Origin: Bugula neritina
Lineage: Eukaryota > Animalia > Bryozoa
Assembly: GCA_964035545.1 (NCBI GenBank)
Contig: OZ037765.1
Location: forward strand, 496,001 to 560,000
Length of the DNA: 64,000 bases
Reading direction: 5' to 3'
In this document: one piece after another, positions 54,871 through 64,000 of the stretch
Position numbering within the stretch: the stretch's first letter is position 1
Layout of the letters: each line of letters starts with the position of its first letter
The notes under the pieces: model-generated
The model's input: the letters and a program-made list of their open reading frames with translations, nothing else
Told to the model about the DNA's origin: nothing
The model's database searches: none
Translations under genes and position numbers: made by a program

Positions 54871-57800
54871 CTATTCGGGGCCAAAGGTCATCTGCTGTTT
54901 GTTATTCTTTAGATATCGTCTGATGGACTTGTACCTGGAGCTCTCGGCTAGTTTCGCTTTCATCTCCGCCTCCCTTTCAGCTTTCCACTCCTGATAAACA
55001 GTAAATATACAACTTGTTTAGGAGTGAAACGAGATTACTGCAGAAATATCCAGTGAAACATAGAAATAATAAACAACAGAGATGACCCTATAAAATACTA
55101 TAGACAATATATTCTGGTAGACGGCCATGAACTAGATTCAGGTCAGCGTGTAGACGCTGCCTTACTGAGTCACCAAGCTACCAAGGGAGAGAGAGTTATT
55201 AGCAACAGCATGTAACTTCTTACATCAAACTCGGCTTTTTTCCAGAGACGGAGTTTAAGATATTCTCTTTTCTGTTCGTCATCCACACTCTGTATACAAT
55301 ACAGCGTATATGATATATACATGAATATATAATAGTATTACTCTGTATATAATACAGTGTATATGATATATATATGAATATAGAATAGTATTACTCTGTA
55401 TATAATACAGTGTATATGATATATACATGAATATATAATAGTATTACTCTGTATACAATACAGTGTATATGATATATAATACCTCCCAGTGTTATATGAT
55501 ATATAATACCTCCCAGTGTATATATGATATAGAATACCTCCCAGTGTATATATGATATAGAATACCTCCCAGTGTATATATGATATATAATACCTCCCAG
55601 TGTATATATGATATATAATACCTCCCAGTGTATATATGATATATAATACCTCCCAGTGTATATATGATATATAATACCTCCCAGTGTATATATAATATAT
55701 AATACCTCCCAGTGTATATATGATATAGAATACCTCCCACTGCGTCTTTGTACAGTTCATATATTTTTGTATAAGATAGAATTTCTCCTCTTCACCAAAT
55801 TCCTCCTTCTTGATATTAAACCTCCAGATCCAGGTGACGTACCACTTGATATACAGGGCAGTGGTGTAGGGGAGCAGTATAATCCTGACCCACAGTATGT
55901 CAGTCCAGTGGGGTTTGCTGTATCCACCCCTACACATACACACATTATAATGAGGTGCTGGGAAACACCATTATAGAACAAATGACTGGCTCAGCCTTAC
56001 AATACACAAGAGAAGACAACTATGGGATTGGAGAGTATTCTAAGACTGAACATTAGCTGGAATAAAGAAGTTGAAGCAGCTGTACATACACAGAACATGT
56101 ACCCACAACTCCCAAGTAGAAAGTGACACAATACATATATATATGTCAGTGTGATGTAAACAGTAGTGTGACATGGTCCATTGGCTAGGGTTTGTGTGGC
56201 GTAGTAGTAGACGTATGTTAGAGTAGTAGTAGACATATGTTAGAGTAGTAGTAGACATATGTTAGAGTAGTAGTAGACGTATGTTAGAGTAGTAGTAGAC
56301 ATATGTTAGAGTAGTAGTAGACATATGTTAGAGTAGTAGTAGACATATGTTAGAGTAGTAGTAGACATATGTTAGAGTAGTAGTAGACGTATGTTAGAGT
56401 AGTAGTAGACGTATGTTAGAGTAGTAGTAGAAGACGTATGTTACAGTATTGTAGCAACAGACACACAAGTAATACTAACCTATCTTCATCACTATGAATA
56501 TAGCACACCATATACAGTATAGCTTGGATATTTATTACCATAACAGTATACTCTGTTACATTACAGTATACACTATTACATAACTATACCAGAAATCATA
56601 GGGAATATATCAAACTAACTTACACCAACTCAACAATCACTAGTAGTGTGCAATCAGAACCAAGTATTCAATTTACAACTAAATAATTCACTTTACTAGC
56701 ACTATGACTGAGTGTATTACACAATGCACTGAGTCTCACTGACTAGAGTACACTGACTAGAGTACACTGACTAGAGTACACTGACTAGAGTACACTGAGT
56801 AGAGTACACTGACTAGAGTACACTGAGTAGAGTACACTGACTAGAGTACACTGAGTAGAGTACACTGAGTAGAGTACACTGAGTAGAGTACACTGAGTAG
56901 AGTACACTGAGTAGAGTACACTGAGTAGAGTACACTGACTAGAGTACACTGACTAGAGTACACTGACTAGAGTACACTGACTAGAGTACACTGACTAGAG
57001 TACACTGAGTAGAGTACACTGAGTAGAGTACACTGAGTAGAGTACACTGAGTAGAGTACACTGAGTAGAGTACACTGAGTAGAGTATACTGACTAGAGTA
57101 CACTGAGTAGAGTATACTGAGTAGAGTACACTGAGTAGAGTACACTGAGTAGAGTACACTGAGTAGAGTACACTGACTAGAGTACACTGAGTAGAGTACA
57201 CTGAGTAGAGTACACTGACTAGAGTACACTGAGTAGAGTATACTGACTAGAGTACACTGAGTAGAGTACACTGAGTAGAGTACACTGAGTAGAGTACACT
57301 GACTAGAGTACACTGAGTAGAGTACACTGAGTAGAGTACACTGAGTAGAGTACACTGAGTAGAGTACACTGAGTAGAGTACACTGAGTAGAGTATACTGA
57401 GTAGAGTACACATGTACCTGATATCCATTTTCTCTTCTATAACTTTCTTTAAAACTTCTTCTTCTTCCTCTCGTATTTCACTCTGAAGTATAATAATACA
57501 GAGTACTACTAACAGTACACAGAGTAATACTAACAGTACAGAGTACTACTAACAGTACACAGAGTACTACTAACAGTACAGAGTACTACTAACAGTACAC
57601 AGAGTACTACTAACAGTACACAGAGTAATACTAACAGTACACAGAGTACTACTAACAGTACAGAGTACTACTAACAGTACACAGAGTACTACTAACAGTA
57701 CACAGAGTAATACTAACAGTACACAGAGTACTACTAACAGTACAGAGTACTACTAACAGTATACAGAGTACTACTAACAGTATACAGAGTACTACTAACA

Positions 57801-60177
57801 GTATACAGAGTACTACTAACAGTACACAGAGTACTACTAACAGTACACAGAGTACTACTAACAGTACACAGAGTACTACTAACAGTACACAGAGTACTAC
57901 TAACAGTACACAGAGTACTACTAACAGTACACAGAGTACTACTAACAGTACACAGAGTACTACTAACAGTACACAGAGTACTACTAACAGTATACAGAGT
58001 ACTACTAACAGTACACAGAGTACTACTAACAGTATACAGAGTACTACTAACAGTACACAGAGTACTACTAACAGTACAGAGTACTACTAACAGTATACAG
58101 AGTACTACTAACAGTATACAGAGTACTACTAACAGTACACAGAGTACTACTAACAGTACAGAGTACTACTAACAGTATACAGAGTACTACTAACAGTATA
58201 CAGAGTACTACTAACAGTACACAGAGTACTACTAACAGTACAGAGTACTACTAACAGTATACAGAGTACTACTAACAGTACAGAGTACTACTAACAATAC
58301 CTTTGACTTTCCTCTGAGTTTCTTCTTGTCAGTTTCCAGAAGCTTCTCCTCCCTGGCGATCTGCATGGCCCTGGTGCGGTGTTTGGGAACCTGAAGGAGG
58401 TAGCTGACTGCTGATCTGTAGTTGTTCCACGCCACGTAGTACTGACAGGCGGATATGACTGTGATGGTCACGGCTATCACCAGTCTCACGTCCACCTTGG
58501 GAGTCACTCTCCTGTAGTAGTAGCGGTAGTAGTGCCAGTAGAACTCATCTGCAGTGTACACAAACCCTGTCAGTGACTATCTGAGTTATCTAGTCACAGT
58601 GACTGTTGGTAGAGTCATGTACTCACCTCAGTTATCTAGTCACAGTAACTGTTGGTAGTCATGTACTCACCTGGATTATCCAACATGTAGTCATAGTCAG
58701 TCTTAGAGTCAGCATCTCTCAAAATCTACAATCAACAAGACAAGATACAGGTGCTGTCTCTAGCTGACTACAAGGTGCTGTCTCTAGCTGACTACAAGGT
58801 GCTGTCTCTAGCTGACTACAAGGTACAGGTGCTGTCTCTAGCTGACTACAAGATACAGGTGCTGTCTCTAGCTGACTACAAGATACAAGTGCTGTCTCTA
58901 GCTGACTACAAGATACAGGTGCTGTCTCTAGCTGACTACAAGGTGCAGGTGCTGTCTCTAGCTGACTACAAGGTGCAGGTGCTGTCTCTAGCTGACTACA
59001 AGGTGCTGTCTCTAGCTGACTACAAGGTGCTGTCTCTAGCTGACTACAAGGTGCAGGTGCTGTCTCTAGCTGACTACAAGGTACAGGTGCTGTCTCTAGC
59101 TGACTACAAGATACTGTCTCTAGCTGACTACAAGATACAGGTGCTGTCTCTAGCTAACTACAAGATACAGGTGCTGTCTCTAGCTGACTACAAGGTGCTG
59201 TCTCTAGCTGACTACAAGATACAGGTGCTGTCTCTAGCTGACTACAAGATACAGGTGCTGTCTCTAGCTGACTACAAGGTGCTGTCTCTAGCTGACTACA
59301 AGATACAGGTGCTGTCTCTAGCTGACTACAAGATACTGTCTCTAGCTGACTACAAGGTGCTGTCTCTAGCTGACTATATGAAGACAACTCCAGCTACTCT
59401 ACTACAAACAGCTATATATAGATAGCAACTGGCAGCAACTTTAAGTAAACCCAAAGAGAAAGAAGTAACATATCAGAGTATAAAGTGGAGAGAGAATCTC
59501 ACCTCATAAGCTGTGGCTATCCTCTGGAACTCCTTCTCAGCAGCGGCTTTAGCCTCAGCACCCTGGTGCATATCCGGATGCCATTTGCGGGCCAACTTCC
59601 TGTACGCCTTCGCAATGTCACCCTGAAATAGCAGTAGTGAGCCATAGAGCCATAGCTACATAACACACCTGATTACTGCATGTTGCAGACTGAGTTTCCA
59701 ATACCAACACTTAAGAACAGAAGGGGGGGGGGGTAAACACAGTGATGGCAGGTAGTCAGTGAATCACAGGCTTTATCACGACTCATCACAGACTAGCCTG
59801 TGTTCTTCACATACAGGATCTTATGTTTAGGGAGAAACTAGTTGACGGTACTGCGTGTAAAGTTTAACCACAGACTGAGAGAATCTATTACCAGGAGAAT
59901 ATAACTTACCTTTGAATCATCTCGGCCAACTCCAAGAACTGCAACACAAATAACTCAGAGTGAGAAAGTCTGACTGAAGATACATTCACAGAACATTTGA
60001 GGAGTTATTAGGAAACAATCAAACACAAACCAACAGCATATCAGCTAATGTATAGATTCTGATGTACAAACCTTCATAACAGTTTTCCTTCCCACAATAC
60101 ATTCCCTCATAGAGGGCATAACTCCCCTGAATCAGCACCAGCCAGATGAAAAGAGTAGCAGGTGTAGCCGGCCACAT
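54871..60177 (-). CDS. DNAJC25: DnaJ homolog subfamily C member 25; exons 60177-60072, 59938-59910, 59622-59504, 58725-58671, 58548-58301, 57482-57417, 55929-55734, 55289-55224, 54990-54871
   Basis: Signal peptide then [17 protein letters not shown]; J-domain [25 protein letters not shown]; [28 protein letters not shown]; [14 protein letters not shown]; C-terminal [14 protein letters not shown]. Confidence 0.93.
55287..55739 (-). repeat. Two abutting arrays (28-bp donor copies, 53-bp acceptor copies) forming a whole DNAJC25 intron
   Basis: TGGGAG|GTATT occurs 10 times; TAYATACAG|AGT-type acceptor occurs 4 times. Confidence 0.92.
56200..56445. repeat. 23-bp minisatellite (GTAGTAGTAGACATATGTTAGA-type)
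   Basis: About 10 direct copies. Confidence 0.9.
56737..57410. repeat. 14-bp minisatellite (AGAGTACACTGAST)n adjoining a DNAJC25 donor
   Basis: About 48 copies. Confidence 0.95.
57497..58296. repeat. 19/21-bp minisatellite (AGAGTACTACTAACAGTACAC)n filling a DNAJC25 intron
   Basis: Array spans nearly the whole intron 57483-58300. Confidence 0.95.
58740..59376. repeat. 24/30-bp minisatellite (GTGCTGTCTCTAGCTGACTACAAG[RTACAG])n adjoining a DNAJC25 acceptor
   Basis: About 23 copies; explains the [11 protein letters not shown]. Confidence 0.95.
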
Positions 60178-61653
60178 TATTCGAAATGGATAGCTAGTTT
60201 ACTGTAACTGGAATCATGTATCATTTATTATTTGGAGGAGAATATCAACACTTGAGACTGAAGGATCAGATTTGATAGTGAAAATGGGACCACTTGAGAC
60301 TTGACTTCAAGACGCTTTCATAATAAACTGCTAAGGCGTTTCCTTTATGCAATGATATGGCATAGGAAGCATGCTCCCTGAACAAAGCCTTTGTACCAAA
60401 GAACACCCCATTATTATGTATTTGTTATGTAAGTCATTCTGCATCCCATTTTACATACTTTGTATAGTTTTACATATTATTTTCTGCATTACAATATTTT
60501 CTTTCTCCATGACCTAAGCACTAAGAGAGGGAGCAGATTATGTATATTATGTGTATCATGTATACTATAGTTTTATTGGGGATATCGTTGTCAGTGTAAA
60601 TTTGCACAATCACTCTATCACTATGCCTAGCCCTATGATTTGCCAAGTTGAAGTTCAATTTTAAAAGGAGGCAGTAAACTTCTATCTTGATTTTCACTAT
60701 TTAAAAGTATAAAAAAAGCTAAGTAGCAAAATAATGGGAAAGGAAACAGAGTAAAGTTCTATTACATTTACTATTAGTTCTATTTCTAAGACAGTACGAC
60801 TAAAAGTTTAAAAATTTTGGCAGTAAAAATATCAGCATCAGTATGATAGTGAGTATGACTATGAGTATGTAGTTTATGTACTGCATTTTAAATATAAAAT
60901 TATCCATTATCTTTATTGCCATAGTGATAATCATACTCACTTACTGATTTTTTTTCTTGGATGGTACTGACCACCCACTACCACGACGTTTACTCACTTG
61001 CAGTTACACTAGTGACTATCACTATGTCTACGGTGAGCCTGAGAGTCAGAGTGAGTGTGAGCGACTGCGAGCCCGGCAGCTCGAGCGGCTTTGATTTCCA
61101 CTTAGTCTTACAGTTTTAGTTTGACAAGCAAAAACAGCTTTAACTAAATCATTACTTTTGAATACACAACACTGAATTTACAACAGCACAAACAAAATAA
61201 CACTATCAGCGTAGGTGAATCGATTTATAAAAAATTTGAACTTGAAGCTTGCCAACCCAGCACTGTAATCCGGATGTATAGCAGACGTGTCGCATACCCG
61301 CGGCGTTTGAATTCGGTAAGAAAAGCAACGTCCTAATTTGAGTCTCCAAGTGAGTGTTAGCGTGAGGAACGAAGATTCTTTAATGTATCTCCGCACATAA
61401 AATTTAGAAAAGCTATTTTCAACAAAATTTTAATTATAGGAAAACAATTTGTTAAATGCTAATTAAATCAAAATTATAATTAAAAGAATGTGCAAAAATT
61501 AAAACTTAATTGTCAATTGTCAAAACACGGTCTTACAACAGGCATAGCGTATTGATCTCCGCTAAATACCGCTCTATTTTTCTTTCTTTCTTTCCTCGCC
61601 ATTGAGCCGACTTAAACGCATCGCTTCTTAAACACCTTGTTTAAATCTAAAAC

Positions 61654-62414
61654 ATGTCGCTGCCAAAGGTATATTTTGATATGACTATTGGTGGAACACC
61701 AACTGGACGAATTGTCATGGAGGTTTGTAGTTTTTAATGCAGATGTAAATGAACAATGAATAACTATAAGCGAATTTGTATTTCTATTTTTTATGTAAGT
61801 TCTTGTGTAACCAAAATAAATTATTTCTTTGTACTTGCTTTGAAAATGTTGTTATATTTTAATATATATTTATTATTTTTAGCTTCGAAGTGATGTTGTG
61901 CCAAAAACATGTGAGAATTTCCGAGCCTTGTGCACAGGCGAGAAGGGATTCGGATTCAAAGCCAGTGGCTTCCACAGAGTTATCCCCGGTTTCATGTGCC
62001 AGGGAGGTGACTTCACCAATCACAACGGCACTGGAGGCAAATCCATCTACGGCCACAAGTTTGAGGATGAGAACTTCACCCTGAAGCACACTGGGCCAGG
62101 TCTGTTTCCACTCAAGGAGTTACAAATAGATGCAGTAACTTATCTGTTCAAGTAGCACTCTGCAGTACAACAACATTGCTTTATTGTTGGAATGGTTTAA
62201 TTTAGGTATACTTTCCATGGCAAATGCTGGACCCGGCACCAACGGCTCCCAGTTCTTCTTGTGCACCGCAGACACCCCTTGGTTGGATGGCAAGCACGTT
62301 GTGTTTGGACGAGTCGTTGACGGTATGGATGTGGTTAAGAAGATTGAGGCGGTTGGCTCTCAATCTGGCAAAACCAGCAAAAAGGTTGTGATCGCAGACT
62401 GCGGTCAGGTCTAA
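61654..62414 (+). CDS. PPIA: Cyclophilin A peptidyl-prolyl isomerase; exons 61654-61722, 61883-62099, 62206-62414
   Basis: [20 protein letters not shown]|[66 protein letters not shown]. Confidence 0.97.
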
Positions 62415-64000
62415 ACTTGGAGGACTCAAATCTATTAGTGCAATTCTCACTGAACAATTTTCTTCTCTATATTGTATATTCTGACCTCTTGTGTTTTCAT
62501 ACTTTGTTTCTGTGAAACATTATTGTTTTATACTTTGTCTTGTAATCTGTTGAAGCAGCTTTTTCTTGGCAATACAACGGTATCTATATAATACTGAAAC
62601 AGTATCTATATAATACTGAAACAGTATCTATATGTCTGATGAGCTTGAGAGCATGTCTAGCATTCTATATGTGTTGGTGAAAAGAGAAAGTGCAATGCAG
62701 TATCTGCAATATGAGGCTAAAATATAGCTGTCTGGTGCTAAATTATTAGTTGGGGTGCAACATTGACTTCTAGATTGAAGTGCATTTGAGAGCATCTAAT
62801 TGTTGCTGCTGTACAAATTATGGTTTTCAAAGAAATCCTGATCAGTATATGCTAAGCTTTGTGAAATGGGTGGCTCTGCTCAGTCTTAAAATTGTCACAA
62901 CATGAAAAAGTGTGTTGAGGGAGTGTAAAAGTTCAATGTCAGCTTAATTCAGTTGGTTCCTCATCTTTAGCTGAACAGATTATGATTGTTTCTTGTAATT
63001 AATTAATTGGGACAAGTTGCTAACCAATATTTGTACCCGTTGCTGAGTGCTAGAACTGACCCTTTCATGTGCAGTGGTCGCCACTTGCATAGTACCAATT
63101 GAAACTTCATTGAGCTTCCTCATTCAGATTTGTAACCTTGACCTGTATCCGGAACGTACTGAGGCTCCACCATTTTATTAAACTCGAGGATTGCTAGATG
63201 CAGCACAAACTTTGTAGTCATTGAGTGCAGCAATTATATGCATACTGCACGCCCCAGAGCACTGCATACAGTGACCCCTCAACATTGTGCTGCATTACGC
63301 AGCTCCATTCTACTACCAACTAGTTACTAGTCTATTATTTCAGTATTACCATGAACATCGAACTCAATAATATTAACTTTTTCAGCTCAGTGACCATGAA
63401 TTTCTACGCGGCTTTTCAAGTTCTCAATTATATTTGAAAAATATTTGTGTTTCTGTATTGTTTTATAAAGATTGCCTCATATCACTATGAATCACTATAA
63501 ATATTCATTTATATTCAATATAAATGAATATTTATAATATTAATATTAATATTCATATTGGTGATACCCGGCCTAAGTCTCGTAGTCATATTCATACTGA
63601 TATTGATATGGTCATACAATTATTATTATAATTATTGTTCATATGATTATGATATAAATCACAAATAAAATAACATTTTAATTTGCACTTGCACGTAACA
63701 CTCTGAGTTGGACTTGGTGTTTATTATTATATTCATAATCATATTCATATGGATATTGATATTTAATTTCATATTGAGTTTGATAATGAGAGTTTCAGAA
63801 TGAATTGATGTTATCGACTTACGCTACAGACACAGTATTACTACTACTAGTACTACGACAGTACTACTGTTTACTAGTAGTACTACTAGTAATATAAAAT
63901 TAAATATCTGCATTGATATCTATATTGTAATCATAAATACTATCATTATCATTCACTATGAGGATGGTTTATGACCACTACAACTACAAGTACAATTACT

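Noticed and set aside
56737-58296. Regular short repeats resembling a CRISPR array
   Set aside because: Head-to-tail units with no unique spacers, no cas genes, and a eukaryotic intronic context.
58751-59425. 224-aa ORF of VLSLADYK(IQ) repeats
   Set aside because: It is a minisatellite with 24/30-bp units, antisense inside a DNAJC25 intron, with a GTG rather than ATG start; the open frame follows from unit length.
63060-63330. Cys-rich, GC-richer patch that might be a coding remnant on the minus strand
   Set aside because: No frame gives a recognisable motif or long ORF; it needs a translated search.

Overview
AT-rich, intron-rich animal genomic DNA, not prokaryotic. The gene content (FoxAB-class forkhead, single RGM) suggests a non-vertebrate, probably lophotrochozoan, species (inference). 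Spliced genes reconstructed by hand, left to right: secreted chymotrypsin-like S1 protease (+), GRASP/GORASP (-), SPOP (+), FoxAB (+), RGM (+), RPS26 (+), CFAP161 (-), a frameshifted NHL-like beta-propeller gene (+), DNAJC25 (-) and cyclophilin A (+). Mobile DNA: a 5'-truncated LINE, two hAT-type MITEs with perfect 8-bp TSDs (one an 880-bp near-perfect palindrome in RPS26 intron 1, one carrying a nested element), a 5.3-kb decayed Kolobok-like transposon with a KolX/P2X7-ballast-like pseudogene, and a tRNA-like dimer. Two window-wide patterns stand out. (1) Many introns carry gene-specific minisatellites pinned to exon boundaries, and at least six arrays are tandem copies of the splice junction itself, giving ladders of competing acceptors or donors (in-frame in GORASP, stop-containing in RGM, both ends of one DNAJC25 intron). 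(2) Cryptic 3/6-bp periodic 'ANT' tracts sit just downstream of most inferred housekeeping-type 5' ends. All calls come from manual reading and none has been checked by database search.
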